A stretch of 64,000 nucleotides of DNA from Candidatus Hadarchaeota archaeon (GCA_964384105.1 CAYLJV010000003.1:96001-160000), one strand, 5' to 3'. Positions 27,571-38,532 are shown, counted from the first letter of the stretch. Translations and numbers: made by a program. Notes: generated by a model not told the origin, from the sequence alone.

Positions 27571-30500
27571 ATGAAAGTTCTTCTCGTTGATGATGAGCCT
27601 GATATTTTAGAACAGGCTAAAATCTTTCTCGAAAAAGAGGAGGAAAGGTTGAGTGTTGAAACTGTTGCTTCAGCTAGGGAAGCTCTGAATTTATTGGAGA
27701 AAAACGAATATGATGGTATAGTATCGGATTACCAGATGCCTGAGATGGATGGGCTTAGCGTTTTAAAAATTTTAAGAAAGGAAAGGCAAAATGGCATTCC
27801 ATTCATAGTGTTCACCGGTAAAGGTCGTGAGGATGTGGCTATGAAGGCCTTGAATCTTGGGGCCGATCGTTACTTGCAGAAGGGCGGTGATCCTAGGTCT
27901 CAGTATGGTGTATTGGCACAAGCTATAGTCCAAGAGATCGAGCATTGGAAGCATAAAAGGGAATTAAGGAGTATTGGTTGGCTTCTCACAAAGGGGGTAG
28001 AAGAAACAACTTACGAACCACCTTATGACGATCTAACAGAGCTGAATACTGAAAGAACGATATTGGACTCCATAGGAAAAGACCTGCTTCAAGATATTGT
28101 GGATCATTTTATGAGCTTACTTGACACTTCAAGTGCAGTCTACGAGAAAAATGGTGATTATGCATTAGGAATCTTCGCTTCCAAATGGTGTAAATTCATG
28201 GATAAAAAATCCAGAGATCTCTGCAACAAAGATGATAATCAAGAAGCATTAGATTGTGGAAAATGGATCTGTCACGAATCCTGTTGGAATGCTGCAAAAA
28301 TCTCAATGGAAAAGGGTAAACCTGTCGACGTTGAATGCAGCGGAGGAATAAACCTGTACGCAGTTCCAATCCGAGCGGATGGAGAAATTATTGGCTCCAT
28401 AAATTTCGGTTATGGAGAACCGCCAAAAGATCCAGACAAGTTAGAAGAGCTCTCAGAAAAATACCAGGTAAGTATTGAGGAACTCCGTAAAAATGCGAGT
28501 TCATACGAACCTCGTCCTCATTTCATTATTGAAGTTGCCAAGAACAGGTTACGAACTTCAGCCAGACTGATAGGGGAAATCGTGAGAAGAAAAAGGTCTG
28601 AAAGAGAATTAGCAAAGGAAAGAGATAGAGTTCAAAAGTATCTGGAAACCGCTGAAGTAATGATAGTAGCGATAGGCAAGGACCACAAAGTTATGGAGAT
28701 AAACAGAAGAGGTTGTGAAATACTCGGTTATGATAAGAAAGAAATTATTGGAAAAGACTGGTTCGAGAATTTCATTCCTGAAAGAACGAGAAAAAGCTTG
28801 CTTAAGGAGATTCTAGAGCCGTTGATGGAAGGAAATATTGACAAAGCCCAAAGGCATGAAAATCCTGTACTGACCAAAGACGAAGAAGAGAGAATTTTGT
28901 CCTGGAGAAATACCGTGCTAACTGACGATACTGGAGAAATCATCGGAACTCTAAGCTCAGGAATGGACATTACCGAACAAAAAGAAATGGAGAACGAGCT
29001 GCGTGAGAGTGAGGAGAAGTACAGGCGACTTTTCGAGACCGCTCAAGATGGAATGCTTATACTGAACGCCGACTCCGGAGAGATAATGGATGCTAATCCT
29101 TACATTCAAGAACTTTTGAGTTATTCGAAGGAGGAGCTTGTGGGAAAGGAGCTCTGGCAGATAGGAACCTTTAGGGATATTGTTGAGAACAAGGAGAAGT
29201 TTGAGGAGTTGGTGGATGAGGATTATATTCGTTACGAAGATATGCCTCTGGAAACGAAAGGCGAAGAGGAGGCTTCGGTCGAGTTCGTCAGCAATACGTA
29301 CGAGGCCGGTGGAGAAAAAGTAGTGCAGTGTAACATCAGAGATATTACGGAGAGAAAGAAGGCTGAAGAGGAGTACAGGAATCTTTTCGAAACTATGGCT
29401 CAGGGCGTGGTTTATCAGGATTCTGAAGGAAACATTATTTCGGCCAACCCTGCTGCTGAAAGGATGTTGGGGTTGACGGTTGATCAGATGAAGGGGCGGA
29501 CTTCTAGACATCCTGAGTGGAAGGCAATTAGGGAGGATGGGAGTCCTTTTCCTGGAGAGGAACATCCTGCCATGGTTGCTCTACGAACGGGAGAGGAAGT
29601 GAGAGATGTCGTTATGGGTGTTTACCATCCTGAAAAAGAAGACCATGTCTGGATCAATATAAATGCATTACCTCGGTTTCGGGAAGGTGAGGAAGAACCA
29701 TACCAGGTGTATACTACGTTCGAGGACATCACTGAGCGGAAGAGAGCGGAGGATAAACTCCGTGAGAGAGTCAAAGAATTAAGCCTGTTTTACAATTTTT
29801 CGAAGCTTGTTGAAGAGTTGGGGAATTCTCTGGAGAATATACTTCGGGGATTAGTGGATTTGATTTCTCCTGCGTTGCAGTATCCAGAGATAACCTGTGC
29901 CAGATTAGTTTTGGATGATGAGGAGTTTAAAACAGACAATTATGAGGAATCCAAGTGGAAACTGAAAAGCAATATTCTTGTGGAAGAGGAGAACAGGGGT
30001 TTTCTCGAGGTTGATTATTTAGAAGAAAAACCTGAACTGGACATAGGTTCTTTCCTAGAAGAAGAAAGAGATCTCTTAGAGGCTATCACAGAACGATTGG
30101 GCAAGATAATAGGCCGACTTGAATTAGAAGAAAAAGTCCGAGAGAGTGAGGAAAAATTCAGGAGTTTGTTCGAGTCTTCCCAGGACGCGGTTATGGTTCT
30201 TAAACCGCCCAAATGGGAGTTTACCTCTGCCAACCCGGCTACCGTGGAAATGTTTAGGGTGGAGGACGAGTCCGATTTTTGCTCGAGACCGCCAAGGGCG
30301 TATGCCCCTGAAAAACAACCGGACGGTCAGTCGTCCAAGGTAAAAGCGAAAAAGATGATCGACAAAGCGATGAGCGAAGGTGAGGTTTTCTTTGAATGGA
30401 CACATAAACGGTTAGATGGTGGGGAATTCCCTGCCACGGTTTTACTAAGTCGAGTGGAGGTCGGAGAGGAGAGTTTTTTGCAAGCTACAGTGCGAGACAT

Positions 30501-31521
30501 CACCGAACGAAAGGAAGCTGAGGAGAGACTTAAGGAAAGTGAGGAAAAGTTTCGAAGTTATGTGGAAAATGCGCCGAATGGAGTATTTGTCGTTGATAAG
30601 GATGGAAACTACCTTGAAGTTAACAAAACTGCTTGTGAGGTGACAGGATATTCTGAAGAAGAACTGCTAGAAATGAATATATCAGATCTAGTTACCTCTG
30701 AAGCTCGCGACAAAGCTATAGAAACTTTTGAAGAGCTTCTTGAAACAGGAAAAATGAGAACGGAACTCCCCTACCTCAGGAAAGATGAAGGCAAAGGATA
30801 CTGGAGTATAAATGCTGTAAAGATCTCGGATGATCGCTATCTTGGTTTTGTCGAGGATATCACGGAGCGAAAAGAAGCGGGGGAGAGGGAGAAGTTCCTC
30901 CACTCACTGTTGAGGCATGACGTTCGAAACAAGGCTCAGATCGTGCAGGGATATCACGAACTGTTGTTGGACTGTGATATGCCCGAAGAGGCGGAGGACT
31001 ACGTGGAGAAGGCTAGTAAGGCAGTTCGGGACAGCATAGATCTGATCGAAAAGGTTAGGACGTTGAGGGAAGTTGGTGAAAAGGAAGAGTTGGGGGAGGT
31101 TAGCATTGGATCGATCCTGGATAAAGTGATTAGTGAAAGTGAGTCTCAAGCTGATGAAAAAGGAATAAAAATAGAATCGGGGAGTTTGGACTGCAAAGTT
31201 CAGGGTGGGCCCCTCTTGGAGGAACTTTTCTCAAACCTTGTGGAAAATTCAATAGAACATGCCGGTTGTAGAAAAATCCTGATTTTGGGAGAAGAGACCA
31301 ATGAGAAGTTTATAGTAACAGTTGAGGACGACGGTAAGGGAATTCCGGAGAATAAAAGAGACAGAATATTCGAAAAAGGTTACAAAGCAGGGGAAACCAG
31401 CGGGTCCGGTTTGGGGCTCTATCTGGTCAAGGAAATAGCTGAGAGTTACGGTGGCTCAGTTGAAGTCAAGGACTCCGAATTAGGTGGAGTAAGATTTGAT
31501 GTCAGTCTCGAAAAAGCTTAG
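27571..31521 (+). CDS. Large hybrid sensor kinase REC-PocR-multi-PAS-HisKA-HATPase
   Basis: Receiver, Cys-rich PocR-like segment (VECSGGINLYAVPI), about 5 PAS domains, RHDVRN. Confidence 0.92.
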   Translation: MKVLLVDDEPDILEQAKIFLEKEEERLSVETVASAREALNLLEKNEYDGIVSDYQMPEMDGLSVLKILRKERQNGIPFIVFTGKGREDVAMKALNLGADRYLQKGGDPRSQYGVLAQAIVQEIEHWKHKRELRSIGWLLTKGVEETTYEPPYDDLTELNTERTILDSIGKDLLQDIVDHFMSLLDTSSAVYEKNGDYALGIFASKWCKFMDKKSRDLCNKDDNQEALDCGKWICHESCWNAAKISMEKGKPVDVECSGGINLYAVPIRADGEIIGSINFGYGEPPKDPDKLEELSEKYQVSIEELRKNASSYEPRPHFIIEVAKNRLRTSARLIGEIVRRKRSERELAKERDRVQKYLETAEVMIVAIGKDHKVMEINRRGCEILGYDKKEIIGKDWFENFIPERTRKSLLKEILEPLMEGNIDKAQRHENPVLTKDEEERILSWRNTVLTDDTGEIIGTLSSGMDITEQKEMENELRESEEKYRRLFETAQDGMLILNADSGEIMDANPYIQELLSYSKEELVGKELWQIGTFRDIVENKEKFEELVDEDYIRYEDMPLETKGEEEASVEFVSNTYEAGGEKVVQCNIRDITERKKAEEEYRNLFETMAQGVVYQDSEGNIISANPAAERMLGLTVDQMKGRTSRHPEWKAIREDGSPFPGEEHPAMVALRTGEEVRDVVMGVYHPEKEDHVWININALPRFREGEEEPYQVYTTFEDITERKRAEDKLRERVKELSLFYNFSKLVEELGNSLENILRGLVDLISPALQYPEITCARLVLDDEEFKTDNYEESKWKLKSNILVEEENRGFLEVDYLEEKPELDIGSFLEEERDLLEAITERLGKIIGRLELEEKVRESEEKFRSLFESSQDAVMVLKPPKWEFTSANPATVEMFRVEDESDFCSRPPRAYAPEKQPDGQSSKVKAKKMIDKAMSEGEVFFEWTHKRLDGGEFPATVLLSRVEVGEESFLQATVRDITERKEAEERLKESEEKFRSYVENAPNGVFVVDKDGNYLEVNKTACEVTGYSEEELLEMNISDLVTSEARDKAIETFEELLETGKMRTELPYLRKDEGKGYWSINAVKISDDRYLGFVEDITERKEAGEREKFLHSLLRHDVRNKAQIVQGYHELLLDCDMPEEAEDYVEKASKAVRDSIDLIEKVRTLREVGEKEELGEVSIGSILDKVISESESQADEKGIKIESGSLDCKVQGGPLLEELFSNLVENSIEHAGCRKILILGEETNEKFIVTVEDDGKGIPENKRDRIFEKGYKAGETSGSGLGLYLVKEIAESYGGSVEVKDSELGGVRFDVSLEKA

Positions 31522-31526
31522 GATAG

Positions 31527-32015
31527 ATGAGTGATAAGATGGAGAAATTCAAAAAAAGGGAATTTAGACAATACCGTGAATTGATAGACGGTATGAACGA
31601 CGCCGTATTTATCCACGATCTAAATTGTAATTTCCTTTCAGTGAACCAAGTGGCTGTCGACCGGCTTGGCTACTCGGAAGAAGAACTACTTTCCATGGGG
31701 TTAGATGATATAGATGGTTCGAAAGAAGGAAAAAAGGTCAAAGATAGAATCCAAGAAATAGAAAAAAAAGAAACGATAGTTTTTGAATCCATTCATGTTA
31801 CGAAAAGTGGGGAAAAAATCCCCGTAGAGATAAGTTCAAGTCCGATAAATTATCGAGGCGAACCGGCAGTCTTCAGCGTGGTTAAAGATATTAAGGAAAG
31901 GAAAAGAGTGGAGGAGGCCTTGCGCGATATTACTTCTGCCATGGTTTCCCAAATAGGTTCCGGGGTTCGAATCCCCGCCCCCGCATCACAACCCCAATTA
32001 GCTAAAATAATCTAA
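31527..32015 (+). CDS. PAS-domain protein, apparently truncated at att site
   Basis: Single PAS; last codons run through the tRNA-derived repeat. Confidence 0.7.
   Translation: MSDKMEKFKKREFRQYRELIDGMNDAVFIHDLNCNFLSVNQVAVDRLGYSEEELLSMGLDDIDGSKEGKKVKDRIQEIEKKETIVFESIHVTKSGEKIPVEISSSPINYRGEPAVFSVVKDIKERKRVEEALRDITSAMVSQIGSGVRIPAPASQPQLAKII
31956..31985 (+). repeat. att repeat 1: tRNA-Leu 3' end
   Basis: GGTTCCGGGGTTCGAATCCCCGCCCCCGCA identical to tRNA 3' end. Confidence 0.93.
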
Positions 32016-32090
32016 CTTTAGTTTTCAAATGTTTAGTTAAATTAGTTTTTTTATGAAAATTTGAAAAAATTTTCATTTGCTTATTAATTA

Positions 32091-32108
32091 TGTTTCGTTG
32101 GCGAGACA
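32091..32108. promoter_or_regulatory. Palindromic operator TGTTTCG-N4-CGAGACA
   Basis: Same motif at 43141 and 43399. Confidence 0.55.
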
Positions 32109-32235
32109 AACTTAATTAGACCTTGAGACATACTGACCCACATTAGGTGGGTTTATAGTGGAACAAAAAATGGGTGGTTATTATGGTGGGGCTTTTAATC
32201 TCGGTGTCTGGGACTTCCGGTTATATTCTAAATAG

Positions 32236-32526
32236 GTGAAAAGAGAAGTAAATCGATTGGTGTTATTTATGGAGAGCAGAAACGTCGTAATTGTATTTTT
32301 ATGGATTTTTGTAATAAGTTTCTTGTTTGGGTTTCTCTTGACTGAAAAGATGAATGGCTTCATAATGCTTTTATTATTCTTTATTGCCCTAATATTCTCC
32401 ATAATCTTGGCTTTTGAAAAATCAGAAAAGGAAATGGAAGAAGACGAACTTTTAGAACAAATTCAAAACTTAGAGGAAAAAATAGAAGATCTGAATAAGA
32501 AAATTGATGATAAGGACGCCGAATAG
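32236..32526 (+). CDS. Small 2-TM protein with C-terminal coiled coil
   Basis: Two hydrophobic segments then acidic coiled coil. Confidence 0.65.
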   Translation: MKREVNRLVLFMESRNVVIVFLWIFVISFLFGFLLTEKMNGFIMLLLFFIALIFSIILAFEKSEKEMEEDELLEQIQNLEEKIEDLNKKIDDKDAE

Positions 32527-32644
32527 GATTGAGATTAATTAGATAGAACTTTTTTATTATTGAGACTAAGTTTTACGGTTGCCTTTTCTCTAATTCTTAT
32601 TCATAATTTATAATGAGAAATTAATTTCAAAATTCGTTCATATT

Positions 32645-33197
32645 CTATTTCTGGAAAATTCCCTCCAAGCATAATGGAGAAAGGTTTTCTGTTTCTGGAC
32701 ATTTCGAACTGAGGTCACAAACTTCACATAGTTTTTCTAACTCATCTACATGAAGGTCTAATGTCCCATTCTCTTTTTGGAGCTTGTATAACAGTTTCAA
32801 GTACTTGCCCTCGGCTATTCTTGGCATTTCGTATTTCGCTTTATCAAAATCGTATTCATCATAGAACCATTCGTAAAGTCTCTTGCTCTCTTTTCGGGAA
32901 TTACAATTTTGACAGACCCGAACAGCATTATCCGCTATATCCGGTCCCCCTCGAGAAACTGGAAGTATATGTTCTAAAGTGAGATTCTCACATTCTTTTC
33001 CACAGTAAATACATTCTCCTTCCTTTTCACTCTCTTTGATATATTCCCTAATAGACGTAGACCACTCTATTTCTCCTGACTGTAATTTCTTGAACGATTC
33101 ATTATGAAACCGTAATTCTTTTTACCCATACCCGCGGATTTAGAGATTATTTTAGAAATATTAAATCTTCAACGGTTTTCGCAGCAGAAGGCGACAT
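32645..33197 (-). pseudogene. HNH endonuclease pseudogene
   Basis: CIYCG..EHILPVSRGG..N..VCQNCNSRK in frame with track ORF 32645-32827; two apparent frameshifts near the 5' end. Confidence 0.75.
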
Positions 33198-33434
33198 ATA
33201 AAGATTAACTTTCTTGTTTTTCACTTATTGTTTTTCTCCTTGAGACATTGAATAAAGAATGCTTACTGGTTTAGTTTGTTGCACGTGCAGCAAAAAATCA
33301 GTTAAATATCTGAAAACTGAATTTTGGCAATTCACAGAATAATCCCAGTTTCTTATCCTCTGCCTTTTCCAAGAGTTTCAATAGTATATCATTCCAGCTG
33401 TCTTTTCTGGAACAGTGATCCTCAGCCCAAGACC

Positions 33435-33728
33435 CTACGATTCCTTCTCTTCTCCCTGATCCACTCTGTCTTTTAGAGCCTCCACCCTCTCTGGAATATA
33501 CGCTGACTTCCGGTGGTCAACCCCAATTACTCCTAAATCATCTCCATGTTTCCAGTAATAGATTCTGTAGTCACTGACTCGGAGTGCCCAAATTCTCCCG
33601 CGAATGTGTCTAACATCACCACGTTCAGTTTTGTAATAATTTTCTATGCTACTTATGATTCTTTCTCTTATCTCGGAGGGGAGTTTATCGAGTTCACGTA
33701 AAGCAGCTTTATGGCATTTGAGGGTCAA
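33435..33728 (-). CDS. RelE/ParE-family toxin
   Basis: ALRELDKLP..WALRVSDYRIYY..VDHRKSAY. Confidence 0.85.
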   Translation of the reverse strand: MTLKCHKAALRELDKLPSEIRERIISSIENYYKTERGDVRHIRGRIWALRVSDYRIYYWKHGDDLGVIGVDHRKSAYIPERVEALKDRVDQGEEKES

Positions 33729-33928
33729 CCGGCCCGCTCCTCTTTAAGTCGCTGGAATGAAACGTACTCCTCATCGGGAGCTCCAGCCCGACGCTCTAAT
33801 TCCTCTAATCGAGACTCATATGCAGCAATAAGATCCATAATTATCTCATCGTAAGTTTCACCCTTGTGTCCGATACCCCGAAGCCTTTCTCTTGTTTCCC
33901 GCTTGACTTGAATAGTAGTTTTAACCAT
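33725..33928 (-). CDS. Cognate RHH-like antitoxin
   Basis: TTIQVKRETRERL..GETYDEII; overlaps toxin start. Confidence 0.8.
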   Translation of the reverse strand: MVKTTIQVKRETRERLRGIGHKGETYDEIIMDLIAAYESRLEELERRAGAPDEEYVSFQRLKEERAG

Positions 33929-34105
33929 TATGTATCATTATATTCAACTTATAACTGAATATAAAAAATTTACCTTTCCGCTTATAATGATTGATTCTTT
34001 ACTAAGAAAGTCGAGAAAGATATTAATAAACATTTAATGGAAAATGGATTTCAGATTTTTAGCTAATCTAAAATCTAATGAGCTCTCGCTAGGGTGCGTT
34101 CCTCG

Positions 34106-34137
34106 GGGGTTCCGGGGTTCGAATCCCCGCCCCCGCA
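34106..34137 (+). repeat. att repeat 2: tRNA-Leu 3' end
   Basis: GGGGTTCCGGGGTTCGAATCCCCGCCCCCGCA. Confidence 0.93.
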
Positions 34138-34320
34138 ACATCCTAATTTGAGGAATTTTGCAGGTTTGTCTTCTATAAATTATTAGCAATATAAAGAATA
34201 CCAGATATAATTCTGAACTTAGTTAAGTACTGGTTTTTATCTATCAATTGGTTGTTTTATTAGTAACTGTCGAGGAGGCAGATGGAATAAAGATATCCAT
34301 TCAAAGGAGAGGGTGAAATT

Positions 34321-34488
34321 ATGAAATTCTCGGATATGAAAGTAAAATTCGCTATGATAATATTCATGACGGGTGGTATTGCTGGTGCTCATGGAGACGG
34401 AGGGCAACTCGCAGAGTTAACGTCGTCCTTAGCCTCAACAAATCCAGCTGGACTGGTTGAACATATTCTAAGCTGCTTTGGGGCTTAA
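34321..34488 (+). CDS. 55-aa small protein with signal-peptide-like N-terminus, not in ORF track
   Basis: GAGGGTGA SD; T-rich tract downstream. Confidence 0.5.
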   Translation: MKFSDMKVKFAMIIFMTGGIAGAHGDGGQLAELTSSLASTNPAGLVEHILSCFGA

Positions 34489-34727
34489 TTGGAACACCCA
34501 AAAAAACAAGTGACTTCTTATTTTTTCTTTTTTTATTATTCCAACACTTTCAATTCGATCTTTTTCCCCCAAATGACTTTACTAGTTTTATGATTAATGG
34601 TAAAGCGATAAGGTACTTCCGAGAAAAAATAAGTGGAGAACAAAGAATCTGAATGGGACAGATGGGAGACTCGAGACTAACTAAATCTGTTAAAGGAAAC
34701 AAAAAATATCAACTATGAGGAAGAATT

Positions 34728-36098
34728 GTGAAGAAAACTAAAATTATCGGGACCATCGGTCCCGCAAGCCTCCAGTTAGACGAACTGGAGAGAATGTACA
34801 AGAAAGGAATGGATTGTGTCCGGATAAACACTGCTTATGGGTCGCCGAACCTTTACAAATCAGTTATGGATAATGTTCGAGAAATTGCAGACATTCCCAT
34901 AATCCTGGACATTAAAGGCCCTGAAATTCGACTCCAAGCCGAGGAGGATAAACATGTCGAGGAGGGAGACTTGCTAGAAATTGGGTTTGAAAAAGGTGAA
35001 TTTAGGTTTAATCATGATATCTATAGTGAGATAAGTGTTGATGATGAAATTTTTATTGATAATGGAAAAATAAGGTCTCAGGTTGTGGGCAAGGAAAAAG
35101 GTAAACTAAAATTACGTTTCTTGGAAGAAGGAGGACTTTCAGATGGAAAGGGGGTTAATATACCGAGTAAACAACTTTTGACTCCTACTTTAACGGAAAA
35201 GGATTTAAGCTTGATAGAATTTGCCAAGGAGATGAATATTGATTATCTTGCTTATTCATATACTAGAAATGCAAGAGATATCAACCATCTAAGATCAAAA
35301 CTGAAAAATTCTGACATCGAGATTATCGCTAAAATTGAAAACCTTGCAGGCTTGAACAATTTTGGGGAAATTTTAGACTCTGCCGATTCCATTATGGTTG
35401 CTAGAGGGGATCTAGGAATTGAGATAAGCCTTGAAAAGGTACCCATGGCCCAGAAATCAATCATCAGACAATGCAACATTAAAGGTAAAACAGTAATAAC
35501 CGCTACAGAAATGCTCGAGTCTATGATAGAAAAACCCGAACCGACCAGAGCTGAAGTGAGTGATGTGGCCAACGCGATATTAGACGGGACGGATGCAGTA
35601 ATGTTGTCAGGTGAAACCTCTATCGGGAAATACCCGGCCAAATCGGTCTCAATGATTAAACGGATAGCAAAAGAGGTCGAAACCAATGTAAAAAGCCAAA
35701 TCTGGGAAGAAAAATCCAAAACATTATCAGAAACCATCAGTAAGGCAATACAAAGGATATGTCAAGACAAACCAATTGACAAAATAGTAACTCTGACAAG
35801 ATCAGGATTTACAGCAAGGATGATCTCAAGATTCAAACTTTCACAACCAATATTAGCGGTCGCCCCGGTCGAGGGGGTTAAAAGAAGACTCGAAATTGCT
35901 TTTGGTGTAATTCCTGTCCATTTTGACTATCTTGAAAAGGGAAATAAAGTCCTATCCACAGCGAAAAAGCTTCTCTCCTCTGGATTAGTTGAGAAAAATG
36001 AAACTGTACTGTTCACCGCCGCTTTTGGAACGGCCGTAAAACATGCAAGCAACATGATAGAAATTCATGAAATAAAGGATCTTTTAAATTCTGGTTAA
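34728..36098 (+). CDS. pyk: Pyruvate kinase
   Basis: TKIIGTIGPAS, AKIEN, MVARGDLG, PTRAEVSD, MLSGET. Confidence 0.96.
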   Translation: MKKTKIIGTIGPASLQLDELERMYKKGMDCVRINTAYGSPNLYKSVMDNVREIADIPIILDIKGPEIRLQAEEDKHVEEGDLLEIGFEKGEFRFNHDIYSEISVDDEIFIDNGKIRSQVVGKEKGKLKLRFLEEGGLSDGKGVNIPSKQLLTPTLTEKDLSLIEFAKEMNIDYLAYSYTRNARDINHLRSKLKNSDIEIIAKIENLAGLNNFGEILDSADSIMVARGDLGIEISLEKVPMAQKSIIRQCNIKGKTVITATEMLESMIEKPEPTRAEVSDVANAILDGTDAVMLSGETSIGKYPAKSVSMIKRIAKEVETNVKSQIWEEKSKTLSETISKAIQRICQDKPIDKIVTLTRSGFTARMISRFKLSQPILAVAPVEGVKRRLEIAFGVIPVHFDYLEKGNKVLSTAKKLLSSGLVEKNETVLFTAAFGTAVKHASNMIEIHEIKDLLNSG

Positions 36099-36336
36099 AA
36101 CGACGATGTTACGATTTATTCAACGCATCTTTACTGTGGATTTCCAAGAAAATCGGTTTCAACCAGACGACCCCAACAAAGATATTCATCACTACCGCTA
36201 CAGACGTTCTGGGATTTTTGTATTTTTAACCTTGTAGAGATATTAATTCTAATAATACTCTACCCTGAGGTTACTAATAATTTAAAATCCCAAAATTTAT
36301 GTCTTTGACTGAAAAGGATGTTATGAGATAAAACAG

Positions 36337-37449
36337 ATGAAGACTTCTATTGAAATTGGGAAAGTTTCCGGAATACCGGTCAAACTCCACATCACTCTTC
36401 TAATTATTATAGGATTCATAGCTTGGTCCATTGGTACTAATGTTTTTGAACTTGCTGAACTGCTGAGAGTCGATCCTACTGGGATTTCTCCCGGTTTTCA
36501 AAGCTATCTAATAGGAATAATTATGGCTATCGGGCTCTTCGTTAGTGTATTCATTCACGAGATGGCTCACTCTTTCATGGCCAGAGGGATGGGAGTGGAA
36601 ATCAAAGAGATAAGCCTATGGCTTTTTGGTGGAGTTGCCAACATGAGTGAAATCCCTCGCGAGCCTAATTTGGAAATAAAATTAAGCATTGTAGGACCTT
36701 TGACCAGCTTGGTTATAGGAAGTATTTGCTACTCTCTTGGAATGTTTTCTCCTCCCGTGATATCGTTCGTTCTGGTATATCTCGGAGTTATCAACATTAT
36801 TCTTGCCGCCTTCAACATGATTCCTGCCTTACCTATGGACGGTGGGAGAATACTGAGAGCGGTGTTTGCCAAGAGAGAATCCTACGTTTCAGCCACTAAA
36901 AAAGCTGCATCAGTTGGAAAAGTATTTGCAATTTTAATAGGAATATTCGGGATTTTCTATAATTTCTTTCTGATTCTGATAGCTTTCTTCATATACATGG
37001 GGGCCAGCCAAGAAGCTCAAAGTATAATGGTTCAAGAAGTGCTCCAAAGAATAAAGGCAAAGAGGATCATGTCCAAAGGCGTTGAAACAGTCACACCAAA
37101 TATGTCCCTTCAGGAGTTTATAGACCAGGCGCTAGAGGTCCAGCATACTGGCTACCCTGTTGTGGAAAATGGGGAGATCATGGGCATAATTACTTTGAGT
37201 GATGCCAAGAAGATCGATAAATCCCGATTAAGCGAGGCCACAGTCGGTGATGTTATGGAGAAAGATGTTATCTATTTTTCGCCAGAAGACGACTTGAATA
37301 CTCTCTGGCAAAAAATGGTGGAAAATGACATTGGTAGATTCCCCATAGTTTCCAACGGAGAACTGGTAGGGATGATTACCCGATCGGACATACTCCGCTC
37401 TTTTAGGAGAATTAGCAGGATGGAATCATACAGAGGAGACAAAATATAG
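36337..37449 (+). CDS. M50 site-2 protease with CBS domains
   Basis: HEMAH, FNMIPALPMDGGR, two CBS domains. Confidence 0.93.
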   Translation: MKTSIEIGKVSGIPVKLHITLLIIIGFIAWSIGTNVFELAELLRVDPTGISPGFQSYLIGIIMAIGLFVSVFIHEMAHSFMARGMGVEIKEISLWLFGGVANMSEIPREPNLEIKLSIVGPLTSLVIGSICYSLGMFSPPVISFVLVYLGVINIILAAFNMIPALPMDGGRILRAVFAKRESYVSATKKAASVGKVFAILIGIFGIFYNFFLILIAFFIYMGASQEAQSIMVQEVLQRIKAKRIMSKGVETVTPNMSLQEFIDQALEVQHTGYPVVENGEIMGIITLSDAKKIDKSRLSEATVGDVMEKDVIYFSPEDDLNTLWQKMVENDIGRFPIVSNGELVGMITRSDILRSFRRISRMESYRGDKI

Positions 37450-37559
37450 AGTTCCATCGTGACAGGTTTTTCCCTATGTCTTGAATATTTTTTCATAGCA
37501 CCTTTAGAAGAAAAACAATCTAATAAAATGAAAAACAGTTGCCCTAAGATGCCAAAAAC

Positions 37560-37733
37560 CTATCCTCAAGAGAAGTCTTCACAGGAATAACTACCGATGT
37601 CAGTGGAGTAAGATACTACATACTTAGAGAAATCGCAAGACACAATAATGCAGAAATTATTAGTAAAATATCCTGAGCTCGGTGGAGCAAGATTTAAAGT
37701 TCACTTGAAGAAAGCGCAAGAAAGAAAATAAAT
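37560..37733 (+). pseudogene. Decayed histidine-kinase C-terminal fragment
   Basis: YYILREIARH and ELGGARFKVHLKK in broken frames. Confidence 0.55.
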
Positions 37734-37784
37734 ACTAAAGTATTATATAGAATACCTAATATTCAAATTAATAAGGTTGTAAGC

Positions 37785-37997
37785 ATGTCGAAGACGAAAA
37801 ATGTCAGTTTCAAAGCAACTAAAGAACAGATAAGGCAGATAGAAAAAGCAGTTGAGTCGGGTAGATTCACGTCCCGTGGAGAATTTTTGCGATCCTTGCT
37901 TAGGAAAGTAGAGGATGCAGAACTTTCCGAAAAAGCAAAGCGGGACATAGAAGAAGCCAGAAAACAAGAGGGAAAACCGCTTGACGAACTCTTTTGA
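37785..37997 (+). CDS. CopG/RHH antitoxin
   Basis: NVSFK..IEKAVESGRFTSRGEFLR; upstream of toxin. Confidence 0.8.
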   Translation: MSKTKNVSFKATKEQIRQIEKAVESGRFTSRGEFLRSLLRKVEDAELSEKAKRDIEEARKQEGKPLDELF

Positions 37998-38259
37998 AAT
38001 CACTCGAACACGTAAGTTCGATGAGAGACTCGATGAATTATCTAAGAAAACGAAAGAAAGAGTAATTAGAAAACTGCAGGAGTTCAATCACCAAATCAAT
38101 GAGTATGATGTAGATCCTAGGCAGCATGGTAGCACTAAATACATTGCTCAGAAGCGTGTTTGGAGATTGAGAATTGGAGACTATAGAGCTTTTTTTGATA
38201 TTCTAGGGGACGAAATCCGATTTCTCACGGTCCTACCTAGAAGAGATGCGTACAAGTAG
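37981..38259 (+). CDS. RelE-family toxin
   Basis: WRLRIGDYRAFF..PRRDAYK. Confidence 0.88.
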   Translation: MTNSFEITRTRKFDERLDELSKKTKERVIRKLQEFNHQINEYDVDPRQHGSTKYIAQKRVWRLRIGDYRAFFDILGDEIRFLTVLPRRDAYK

Positions 38260-38532
38260 TCCATATGCTAGAATTAGTTTCTTCAGAAATTCCGTATCAT
38301 TCCCTTCGAGGTCTCCTGTTTGTTATTTGGAGATATTATTGCTTTTCGTAGAAAGCTAAAATTATAAATTCTATTTGTAATACGGATGCAACCCACGACA
38401 AATTTTTTCAACTGATAGTTAACAGTATTCTCCATATTCTGTATTCTCGAACGATAATCTACACGAAGTTGTAATTACTTTAACATTAAATCCTTAAGAT
38501 AGAGAAATAGAGATAGAAAAAGGTGTATTACA

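Larger units (their letters stand above)
15941..31985. mobile_element. tRNA-Leu-integrated island 1 (~16 kb, possibly composite)
   Basis: 30-bp direct repeat of tRNA 3' end at 31956-31985; internal tyrosine integrase; accessory content. Confidence 0.8.
31986..34137. mobile_element. Second, small or decayed tRNA-Leu-integrated segment (~2.1 kb)
   Basis: Lies between two att repeats; carries TA pair and HNH pseudogene. Confidence 0.7.

Noticed and set aside
15941-31985. Provirus or conjugative plasmid
   Set aside because: No recognisable capsid, packaging, replication or T4SS genes
31956-34137. Additional tRNA genes at 31956 and 34106
   Set aside because: Only T-arm and 3' acceptor strand present; no intact 5' half
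35252-35737. Antisense ORFs such as this one, 14091-14534, 28957-29565 and 56844-57344
   Set aside because: Shadows of well-supported genes on the opposite strand
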